Shown piece after piece: positions 23,565-30,019 of a stretch of 31,590 nt of DNA. Position 1 is the stretch's first letter. Every line of letters begins with the position of its first letter. The notes beneath the pieces are model-generated. The model was not told where the DNA came from. It saw nothing but the letters and a program-made list of their open reading frames with translations, and searched no databases. The translations under genes were made by a program, and so were the position numbers. Source of the DNA: a virus; the IMG/VR virus record IMGVR_UViG_3300019476_000022. The stretch is one strand, 5' to 3'.

Positions 23565-24023
23565 TTAAAATGGTATTTCGCTCAAATCAATTGGCGCGTC
23601 GAGTTCGATATCCTCAGTGGCTTTCGCCGCTTGATTAGTCTTTGCATTTGCCGCTTTAGCATCATCTTCGGCGTATCGCTCAGTAGCTGGCGCAGCGTTA
23701 TTGCCGCTGCCCTTGGCGTCGCTCAAAAGCTGGAACTGATCGATGATGACTTCAGTGGCTTTACGCTTGATGTCGTCCTTCTCCCATATTCTGGTTTGCA
23801 AGCGTCCAGTTACGCCAATCTGCTTGCCTTTCGGTGCGTATTCTGCCAGTAGTTCGGCTGCCTTATTCCAGGCTACGCAATCGATAAAGCTAGCGTCGGC
23901 ATCTTTGCCGTAGCCATCAACCGCTAGTGCGAATGAGGCTACGGACTTGCCGCTATTCGTCGTTTTGACCTCAATGTCTCGGACGACGCGGCCGATTAGG
24001 GTTACTGTATTAATTGCTGCCAT
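23565..24023 (-). CDS. ssb: Single-stranded DNA-binding protein
   Basis: OB-fold N-terminus MAAINTVTLIGRVVRDIEVKTT..FIDCVAWNKAAE..VTGRLQTRIWE, followed by a flexible tail ending in the acidic DLSEIPF tip. Confidence 0.9.
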   Translation of the reverse strand: MAAINTVTLIGRVVRDIEVKTTNSGKSVASFALAVDGYGKDADASFIDCVAWNKAAELLAEYAPKGKQIGVTGRLQTRIWEKDDIKRKATEVIIDQFQLLSDAKGSGNNAAPATERYAEDDAKAANAKTNQAAKATEDIELDAPIDLSEIPF

Positions 24024-24025
24024 GC

Positions 24026-24832
24026 TCAGAAACTCTTTTCCTCGCGGATTTCAACGCCTGGAATTTCACGTAATCCATTAGCGATGGCTTCGCGGATTAG
24101 CTTGTCGCTCGGCTCGCAGAGATAGCGCGGCACTAATTCAGGATTGGTAACCGTGAATACCGTCTTGGTTTTAATACCAGATTTGACGGCCGGCTTCTGC
24201 GATTTAGCGGCTTTGGCTGCTTCAGCTTCGGCAATCTCCTGTTCGCGTTTACGCTGTGCTGCCAATTTGGCCGCTTCGGCTTCGTCACGTTCAGCGGTCG
24301 TCAATTCGTCTTTACGTGTCAACAACTCGTTGATGGCTTTGGTGAATGCCAGCTTGATTTCAGCGTGGTTCTGATCAGCTTCAGGTAACTCAGCGAATGC
24401 CTGCTTCAATTCAGCGCCTCGCTCGTCGCAAGCTTTCTGGCTGCGTAGTGATTTAGCGTTGGTAGCGAACTTGGCGCAGATAGCGTCAACGCGTACCGCT
24501 TCCTCTTTTGCTAGTCGCTCCTGCTCCTCTTGATAAGCTAGAATCTTTTGGCCGATGTTCTCCAACGCCTCTTCAGCCGGCGCGAGTACATCTTTTTCAG
24601 CGTCGATAAATTGCGATTTGACACTGTCAAAGTTGCGAGTGATCGCCAGTCGTGCATTCTTGACTTCGGTACGGTGAGAGGTGATCAGCTTGCGGATTGC
24701 AACTGCTTCTTTGGCGGTAGCGTCGTCGGTTACCTCTTTAGATTTGGCTTGCTCCAAAAGCTCTTGCGATTTGATTTTGAACGGCGATATCGTAGCGACT
24801 TGCGAATCGACGTATTCTTGTAATTGTGACAT
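24026..24832 (-). CDS. Coiled-coil protein of the recombination module (DUF1351-like position); start moved to the ATG at 24832
   Basis: AAAGGAGG (24835-24842) precedes the Met of MSQLQEYVDSQ. The track start at 24862 would overlap the exonuclease gene by 20 nt. Confidence 0.45.
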   Translation of the reverse strand: MSQLQEYVDSQVATISPFKIKSQELLEQAKSKEVTDDATAKEAVAIRKLITSHRTEVKNARLAITRNFDSVKSQFIDAEKDVLAPAEEALENIGQKILAYQEEQERLAKEEAVRVDAICAKFATNAKSLRSQKACDERGAELKQAFAELPEADQNHAEIKLAFTKAINELLTRKDELTTAERDEAEAAKLAAQRKREQEIAEAEAAKAAKSQKPAVKSGIKTKTVFTVTNPELVPRYLCEPSDKLIREAIANGLREIPGVEIREEKSF

Positions 24833-24842
24833 GTGTCCTCCT

Positions 24843-25538
24843 TTAGTTTTTAATAGCGGCAAGTTCCGCCAGCGTATTGTTCATCTCAACCAGCGTGCCC
24901 AGCTCCATCTCAAGAGTTTCGTCAATAAGCAGCTGCACGTCGCTGCGCTTGACGTGGATTATCCATAAAACCAGATGATCCATTTCCTGCCTGTCGTCGA
25001 ACAGCGCAAAGTACAAATCCTCCAGCTCGGGATTAACCACGAAATATTGCAAAACCTGGTCTTGATAGTTGTTCTGCGCGTCGTTTGGAATGCTGTAGTA
25101 TGGGTTGTAATCAGGGCGCTGCTTGGCTTTGTGATCGGTGTAAATATACTTGAGATGTTTTGCTGAACTCAGCGATTTTACCTCGCCGGCGTACGTCGGC
25201 AGTTGGTCGCCCTCGACAGGTTGCGCGCCATCGGGCGAAACCATGATATCGTCATCGATGTCGCTCACCCAAATGCCCGGCTCAGTATCGAATGGTAAAC
25301 CTAGTTTTTCACTCATCATCTGCAAGGCTACATTCTCCAGGCGATGACCACGCTCCATATCTGGCTCACCGTCGGCTGGTACAGCTGCTTTTTCGGCTAG
25401 TACCGTCCAAAAACCGTCGTAGCGCCGTGATTTGTCGCGTGCCATCGGACGTATGCCTTTGACTTTCGTGCCGGTGATTCGCCCCAGCCTATGCAATAGC
25501 CACTCTTCGCTGTTTTGCTCAATTTTATGAATTTGCAT
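24843..25538 (-). CDS. YqaJ-type (lambda Exo-like) recombination exonuclease
   Basis: EQNSEEWLLHRLGRITGTKV, ERGHRLENVA, and SPDG...GEVKS (PD-(D/E)xK) motifs. Confidence 0.8.
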   Translation of the reverse strand: MQIHKIEQNSEEWLLHRLGRITGTKVKGIRPMARDKSRRYDGFWTVLAEKAAVPADGEPDMERGHRLENVALQMMSEKLGLPFDTEPGIWVSDIDDDIMVSPDGAQPVEGDQLPTYAGEVKSLSSAKHLKYIYTDHKAKQRPDYNPYYSIPNDAQNNYQDQVLQYFVVNPELEDLYFALFDDRQEMDHLVLWIIHVKRSDVQLLIDETLEMELGTLVEMNNTLAELAAIKN

Positions 25539-26361
25539 TTTTCAAATCCTCGGCCTTACTTAGCGCTGCTTGTAAACGGTTTTGAGTAGCAGCGACGTGT
25601 GCCTCGCTTGCTTTTCGCTCTGGTTTCAAGTCTGGGAAGAAATCCTCAGGCTTTGATTGACCATCTTTGATTGCCTTGTAGACACCTCGCAAATCCACCA
25701 GATCCTCTTTCAAAGCAACCGTTAGTTGCTTGTCGATGTATTTCTCAAGATGTTCTTGCTTGACGCCCAACGATTTGAACGCGTCAAGTAGTACCGCGAC
25801 AATCTCATCGATTGGTCGCTTGTCGGATTCAGCAAGTGTTTTTCGAGTTTCAGCCACTGCCATCTCGACAATATCGCCAGGAATGACTGACAGAATACAT
25901 GCTCGTTGCCGGCGCGCTGCAAAGTTAGCTGTGGCTTCGTAAATATCTCGTCCGTCAGTTAAATCTTTGCGTCCCTGCTTCGTATCCCGTTTGTGCTCGA
26001 CAGAAAATGTTTTGGTGACGCGGGTGTTCGTTTCCAAATCCCACGCATATGCCATCATCTCTGAACGCCCGTTAGCGGTGCTTAACTCAATCACGCCAGT
26101 ATCGACATTGCCCCAGTTTTGAGCTAATGCTTCAGCCAGCCTGATTGATGGCCCAGATACGCGCTGGCCGGCGCGCGGATAGGTGTATATTGCTTGCTCT
26201 GCTAGCGTTGGTCGCTGGCAGGTTGCCTTGATTTTATTGATTGCCTCAGTCTCATTTCGCGGAAACTTCTTGGCTGATAGCATTGCCACCTGCACTTCCT
26301 GCGCCTGGCGAGCTATCATCATCTCAGCTTGAGTTGTGCGTTGTAGTTGAGTCTGTTCCAC
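25525..26361 (-). CDS. recT: RecT/Red-beta superfamily single-strand annealing protein
   Basis: 278 aa with a GTG start after GGGGGAGGTG. Directly upstream of the YqaJ exonuclease and near ssb. The family call was made by eye only. Confidence 0.6.
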   Translation of the reverse strand: MEQTQLQRTTQAEMMIARQAQEVQVAMLSAKKFPRNETEAINKIKATCQRPTLAEQAIYTYPRAGQRVSGPSIRLAEALAQNWGNVDTGVIELSTANGRSEMMAYAWDLETNTRVTKTFSVEHKRDTKQGRKDLTDGRDIYEATANFAARRQRACILSVIPGDIVEMAVAETRKTLAESDKRPIDEIVAVLLDAFKSLGVKQEHLEKYIDKQLTVALKEDLVDLRGVYKAIKDGQSKPEDFFPDLKPERKASEAHVAATQNRLQAALSKAEDLKNANS

Positions 26362-26431
26362 TTACACCTCCCCCGCCAAAGCTCGGTCGAGAAATGTCGG
26401 ATCGATTAGGTTTTCCAATTTTTCAAACAAA

Positions 26432-26638
26432 CTATTTTCGTCCATAGAACTTGCCCTCAATCCACTTCATTCCTTTGTCGAAAATCCGCAGCCACTTCGC
26501 TGCTTTGACCGACTTGTCGAAGTCATGGTCATTCAACTCGCGTAGCTTGTCAATCACCTTGTCGAGAGGCTCGCGCTTATGCACTGGCACCAGCTGAACT
26601 GGTGACGGCATCATGTTTACGTGTATCTTCATCGCCAA
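26432..26638 (-). CDS. Hypothetical early protein
   Basis: 68-aa ORF that overlaps the stop of the upstream gene. Confidence 0.55.
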   Translation of the reverse strand: MAMKIHVNMMPSPVQLVPVHKREPLDKVIDKLRELNDHDFDKSVKAAKWLRIFDKGMKWIEGKFYGRK

Positions 26639-26838
26639 ATCTCCTTTCGCGATTTTAATTCTTGGATAGTTTCATCGAACACGCCGTTGGCGAACAATAC
26701 GACCGCCAGCACCGCGATTGCCGCGAACTGCACCCACCAGAGACGCAAGTCTGTTGGCTCGCTCATTGCGATTATTGCGGCTGGTAGTCCAACTACCCAG
26801 CTAATGATTTTTTTGATCTGTTTGTTTTTCGCTGCCAT
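26629..26838 (-). CDS. Small two-TM membrane protein, first gene of the early operon
   Basis: 69 aa. GAAAGGAG RBS, then ATG at 26838. Hydrophobic helices IISWVVGLPAAIIAM and WVQFAAIAVLAVVLFANGV. Confidence 0.6.
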   Translation of the reverse strand: MAAKNKQIKKIISWVVGLPAAIIAMSEPTDLRLWWVQFAAIAVLAVVLFANGVFDETIQELKSRKEIWR

Positions 26839-27051
26839 TTTTCAGCTCCTTTCGTTTTACGTACAAGAGTGCTCGCAGTCACTCTCGTACTGTTAGATAT
26901 CTCGTCTCTGTCGTGTTTTAAGCGGTTTGTAGTCCGCTGTCTCTAATTTCTGACCAGCTGTTACTCAAATCTCTAAAAACCCGCTCTGACGTTTCAATGA
27001 AGCTACAAACGCTGAACGTACAGGATTTCTAGCCTCATTTTTACGTCAAAT

Positions 27052-27078
27052 AAAAAAGAATCGACGCGAAGTCGATTC
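27052..27078 (-). terminator. Strong rho-independent terminator
   Basis: Minus strand: GAATCGAC-ttcgc-GTCGATTC (27078-27058) followed by TTTTTTATTT (27057-27048). Confidence 0.8.
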
Positions 27079-27256
27079 ATGGTTGATAGATTTGACTAAC
27101 AGAGGTAGTCGCTGTTTATATCATGTAAGAATATTTCGTGATTTATATAAATCACTGAAAAATATTACATGATAGAGCAAACCGCTCAACCATGAATCTT
27201 GTTTTTCCAGTGATGTTAAAGGCCATTGATGGCGGTGGTCGCCGCTCATCTGAACT
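27052..27256 (-). ncRNA. Candidate ~200-nt structured RNA between promoter P2 and the 27052-27078 terminator
   Basis: Bounded by a consensus promoter and a textbook terminator. Contains a 52-bp imperfect palindrome (27121-27172). No RBS-preceded ORF is present. Confidence 0.4.
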
Positions 27257-27262
27257 GTCTTC

Positions 27263-27291
27263 AGTATAGCAAAACGCAAGCGTTCTGTCAA
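27263..27291 (-). promoter_or_regulatory. Promoter P2: TTGACA-N17-(TGC)TATACT
   Basis: -35 at 27286-27291 and -10 at 27263-27268 (reverse complement), with TGC extended -10. A 10-bp perfect inverted repeat (27273-27282 / 27294-27303) straddles the -35. Confidence 0.7.
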
Positions 27292-27362
27292 TACGCTTGC
27301 GTTATAAAATGGGCAAAAATGATACGAAAACTGTGGAAAAGTCCGCACCATTACCTCTGTTA

Positions 27363-28229
27363 TTATGATGTGGCGCTAAATTTCAATCTTTCAAAGCACG
27401 CTGCCATCTGGCCATCCAATCCATGCAAATATCGCTGCGTGATCACCGCATTTGAATGACCGAGCATCTCCTGCGATTCCATCAGTGTCGCTCCGTTTCG
27501 CTGAATGTCCGTTGCGAACGAGTGTCTGAGTGAGTGCGGGTGAAAATTGCGAAAACCCGCCAAGTAAAACGGCTGCCGCATTAAATGGCGCAACTCCTCG
27601 ACACTGAGCAATGTTCCGTTCGGCTTCTGCCATAAATAATCGTCAATACGCCGACTAACGATCCACTGTGTCAACCTTTCGCGAGCTTCTCGGCTCATAT
27701 GCACCTCCCGCCGTCTGCCACCCTTGCCAGTAAATACAATCATTCTGTCGGTGATATTTAATAGCCGCAGATTCCGCAGCTCAGTGATCCGTAAGCCGCA
27801 GTCGAACGATAATTTAATCAGTAGCCACTGTATCTGATTGCAATAACTCAACACCTGCTCGATTTGCTCCCTTGTGTAGAAAACTCGGCGAATTGGCTCG
27901 GTCTCCTTTTGTTTGACAATGTGGCGAATCTTTAATTCAGGCATCTCCACGCCCATATCTCTGAAATATCTGAACATTGCCACCACATGGCAAATTCGCG
28001 TATTGATAGTCCGGCTATTCAGACCTCGCCGTGCCTGCTCTGTAATCCAGTCGTTCACCTGCTGTGTCGTGATCTCGCTCAGACTGCCAGCTGGCACGCT
28101 AGCTCTGAAATCTCGCATCACCCAGCGTTTAGCGCTCAATGTTTGGCGGCTCATCCGGCGCGTAAACTCGCAGTACTCCAGATATTCGTCAAAAGCTTGC
28201 TCGATTGGCATAATTGTATTTTTCGTCAT
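27363..28229 (-). CDS. XerC/D-like tyrosine recombinase (integrase and/or invertase)
   Basis: 288 aa. GLRITELRNLRL (Arg), HPHSLRHSFAT (H-x-x-R), LGHSNAVITQRYLH (His/Tyr). Confidence 0.9.
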   Translation of the reverse strand: MTKNTIMPIEQAFDEYLEYCEFTRRMSRQTLSAKRWVMRDFRASVPAGSLSEITTQQVNDWITEQARRGLNSRTINTRICHVVAMFRYFRDMGVEMPELKIRHIVKQKETEPIRRVFYTREQIEQVLSYCNQIQWLLIKLSFDCGLRITELRNLRLLNITDRMIVFTGKGGRRREVHMSREARERLTQWIVSRRIDDYLWQKPNGTLLSVEELRHLMRQPFYLAGFRNFHPHSLRHSFATDIQRNGATLMESQEMLGHSNAVITQRYLHGLDGQMAACFERLKFSATS

Positions 28230-28254
28230 GATTTTAACTCCACTTAAAAAACCA

Positions 28255-28308
28255 GTTCTATATAGAATTGCTTATAACGAACCTTAAAAGCTCAATTGTA
28301 TATAGAAC
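28255..28308 (-). promoter_or_regulatory. Inverted repeat GTTCTATATA(G/C)AATTG (28255-28270 / 28293-28308) in the recombinase leader: attenuator hairpin plus U6, or a protein or recombinase binding site
   Basis: 15 of 16 complementary positions with a 22-nt loop. On the minus strand it is followed by UGGUUUUUU, then GGAG and ATG at 28229. Each arm contains the palindrome TT(C/G)TATATAGAA. Confidence 0.5.
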
Positions 28309-28314
28309 CCTCAC

Positions 28315-28343
28315 ATTTAATTTTCTGATAATTCTGTTATCAA
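28315..28343 (-). promoter_or_regulatory. Candidate recombinase promoter TTGATA-N17-TTAAAT
   Basis: -35 at 28338-28343 and -10 at 28315-28320 (reverse complement). TGATAA/TTATCA inverted repeat in the spacer. Confidence 0.45.
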
Positions 28344-28377
28344 AAATGGGCGGTGGCGGGCGGATTTGCGCTAATTT

Positions 28378-28404
28378 GAATAAAAAATACGGCCAGACGG
28401 CCGC
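28378..28404 (-). terminator. Short GC hairpin plus U-tract after gene 28524-28901
   Basis: Minus strand: CGGCC-gtct-GGCCG, then TATTTTTTATT. Confidence 0.45.
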
Positions 28405-28523
28405 TTTCATTACGCAAAACTCCCAAATACTCGCATATACCTAGGATTATTGCATAATATTTACATACAGGCAAACGCAAACAAGCCGCTACGCGAGCGA
28501 CGTCAAAATGTCAGCAGTGATTA

Positions 28524-28901
28524 CTACGTTATCAGGTTGTAGCTGTGCTTCATCTGCGCTAACTTCTCTAATCCAGCGATATTTAGTGGCAATGCTGCCT
28601 GCTCTTGCATTTTCTGCTTGTGGCGCTCCTCAGCTGCCTTAGCTTTCGCCTGTGTGATCAGTTTGCGTAGCCAATCTACCGTTTTCGCCAGATTCGCACT
28701 CGACCAGATAAACGCGAAGTACTTGCGTGGATTACGTTTTCGTTTCGCCAATTTAATCGAATAATCAAACTCTCTCGCATAATTGATCTGGCGATTTCTG
28801 AACATTGGCAGGTAATTATCGTCGGTGATTAGCTTTGTCGCCTTTCCCAACCGCTGCTGCATTTTCTGAACTCGTCGCTCGTCTATGGTTATGTTCCCCA
28901 T
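28524..28901 (-). CDS. Basic 125-aa protein of unknown function expressed from P1
   Basis: GAGGG RBS 4 nt before the ATG at 28901. K/R-rich, with a coiled-coil C-terminus. No family recognised. Confidence 0.65.
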   Translation of the reverse strand: MGNITIDERRVQKMQQRLGKATKLITDDNYLPMFRNRQINYAREFDYSIKLAKRKRNPRKYFAFIWSSANLAKTVDWLRKLITQAKAKAAEERHKQKMQEQAALPLNIAGLEKLAQMKHSYNLIT

Positions 28902-29034
28902 TTTACCCTCAAAATGCTATTTTTGCTCTTGACAAACAAAAATAGCCTCTAAAATTGATAACAATTTTTTGAGGCCAGATACAGACAGCCCACCCTGATT
29001 TAAATCTGGGCGGGCTGAAAATCCTGTACGTTCA
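28902..29034 (-). ncRNA. Structured 5' leader / candidate ~100-nt attenuated sRNA from P1
   Basis: Single-stranded 5' segment, then hairpin H1 (28986-28995 / 29008-29017, GC-rich). Next is H2 (28945-28975), followed by UAUUUUUGUUUG. H3 (28916-28925 / 28937-28946) overlaps that U-tract. Confidence 0.4.
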
Positions 29035-29040
29035 CCGTAG

Positions 29041-29069
29041 ATTATAGCAAACTGATTTTGCTTTGTCAA
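29041..29069 (-). promoter_or_regulatory. Promoter P1: perfect TTGACA-N17-(TGC)TATAAT
   Basis: -35 at 29064-29069 and -10 at 29041-29046 (reverse complement), with an extended -10 TG. Confidence 0.75.
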
Positions 29070-29070
29070 C

Positions 29071-29099
29071 AAAAACCCGCCCCCATTTTCAGGGGACGG
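29071..29099 (-). terminator. Terminator of the P3 operon, abutting the P1 -35
   Basis: Minus strand: CCGTCCCC-tgaaaat-GGGGCGG, then GTTTTTG running into TTGACA. Confidence 0.6.
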
Positions 29100-29142
29100 A
29101 AAGGTCACATGGATGCTTAAACCATGCGTTTGCAGTTTATCA

Positions 29143-29289
29143 CTATTTATTAGATTTCGCAACAGCAACGTCAGCAACGACCAGTCGTCGTATATATTCG
29201 CTAACTGTCATATTCAACTCGGTAGCACGCTTGACGATCATCTCGTGATCGCTCTCTGAAACTTTTACGTGTATGTGTTTAGTTTTCAC
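29143..29289 (-). CDS. Ribbon-helix-helix (CopG/Arc/MetJ-type) DNA-binding protein, 48 aa (missed by ORF track)
   Basis: GAAAGG, 6 nt, then GTG at 29289. Hand translation: (M)KTKHIHVKVSESDHEMIVKRATELNMTVSEYIRRLVVADVAVAKSNK*, a typical beta-strand/helix/helix RHH layout. Confidence 0.65.
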   Translation of the reverse strand: MKTKHIHVKVSESDHEMIVKRATELNMTVSEYIRRLVVADVAVAKSNK

Positions 29290-29337
29290 ACTGTACCTTT
29301 CTACCCGATACGATGCCTCGGGTGGGGCTGTTAATAT

Positions 29338-29769
29338 TTAATAAATAGCATTGACGGTAAAGTATTTCAAGCCGTCGTAGCGAATTTCAGCTTCATCGTT
29401 ACCACTCGATTCAATCTGCTCTACCGCGTTTCTGAGTGCCTCTCCAGCATTAAACACCTCTACCAGCTCGTCATCGCCATCGTAAAAGAATATAGTGCCG
29501 TTATCTACTACCGCTTCATAATCCTCATATCTGTCTAGCTCCTTCACCGTCTCAATGATATTCTCTAGCATAGCCTCTTCATCCAATTCGATGCTGATGT
29601 TCTCGATTGTAGCGTTCTCCGCTGTACTTCTGCTGAATCGTTTACGCATCTCTCTCCTCATAACCGTCTCAAGTTCTTCTATATCACCCTTCAAGCTCTT
29701 ATCTGCCTCGAAAGTGAATTCTTGTGTTGGCTGGTCACCCGTGTAGTACCACCCTGTAAATGTTGCCAT
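29338..29769 (-). CDS. Strongly acidic 143-aa early protein (function unknown)
   Basis: First protein gene downstream of consensus promoter P3. D/E-rich throughout. Confidence 0.65.
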   Translation of the reverse strand: MATFTGWYYTGDQPTQEFTFEADKSLKGDIEELETVMRREMRKRFSRSTAENATIENISIELDEEAMLENIIETVKELDRYEDYEAVVDNGTIFFYDGDDELVEVFNAGEALRNAVEQIESSGNDEAEIRYDGLKYFTVNAIY

Positions 29770-29840
29770 TTTAATTATCCTTTCTTGGCGGCGATGGTTG
29801 AGGAGCTGTTTATTTTTTAGTGTTTGATTTTATCGACCGA

Positions 29841-29924
29841 TTATTTTCTAGCTTTAGTTTTCTTAATCAACTCAAGCTTTATGGTTATTTTAAGTCTGAA
29901 AAGTTGTAATGATGTTTTAAGCAT
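29841..29924 (-). CDS. Possible 27-aa upstream ORF in the P3 leader
   Basis: GAAAGG, 8 nt, then ATG at 29924. Translation: MLKTSLQLFRLKITIKLELIKKTKARK*. Confidence 0.25.
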   Translation of the reverse strand: MLKTSLQLFRLKITIKLELIKKTKARK

Positions 29925-29990
29925 TTTTATGACCTTTCTTCTGCCGCCGAATTGTTAATTGTTGCTTGGTTGCCCCTCAACCATGTCTTT

Positions 29991-30019
29991 AGTATAGCAA
30001 ACGTGTTGCCGTATGTCAA
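29991..30019 (-). promoter_or_regulatory. Promoter P3: TTGACA-N17-(TGC)TATACT
   Basis: -35 at 30014-30019 and -10 at 29991-29996 (reverse complement). A 10-bp perfect inverted repeat (29999-30008 / 30017-30026) overlaps the -35. Confidence 0.7.

Noticed and set aside
26362-26445. 27-codon acidic ORF (MDENSLFEKLENLIDPTFLDRALAGEV) between 26432-26638 and recT
   Set aside because: It has no RBS, overlaps the preceding gene in another frame, and its 3' end is the recT Shine-Dalgarno region. It is possible but unsupported.
27121-27351. 76-aa minus-strand ORF (and plus-strand ORF 27226-27459) in the region downstream of the recombinase gene
   Set aside because: It spans the P2 promoter and the 52-bp palindrome and has no RBS. 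Its coding potential is explained by AT-rich structured sequence. The plus-strand ORF is antisense to the recombinase 3' end.
26840-28523. tRNA gene or tRNA-derived attP core next to the recombinase
   Set aside because: By eye I found no T-loop (GTTCGAATC-like) or acceptor-stem/CCA pattern in the non-coding stretches. tRNAscan or ARAGORN should still be run.
28929-28955. Plus-strand TTGACA ... TAAAAT that might drive an antisense RNA against the P1 leader
   Set aside because: The spacer is only 15 nt and there is no extended -10. TTGACA here is simply the loop of hairpin H3. Support is too weak to call.
28917-29248. ORFs 28917-29177 (-) and 29063-29248 (+)
   Set aside because: They run through a terminator, the perfect P1 promoter and three hairpins. 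The hand-found RHH gene (29143-29289), with a proper RBS, explains the right-hand part.
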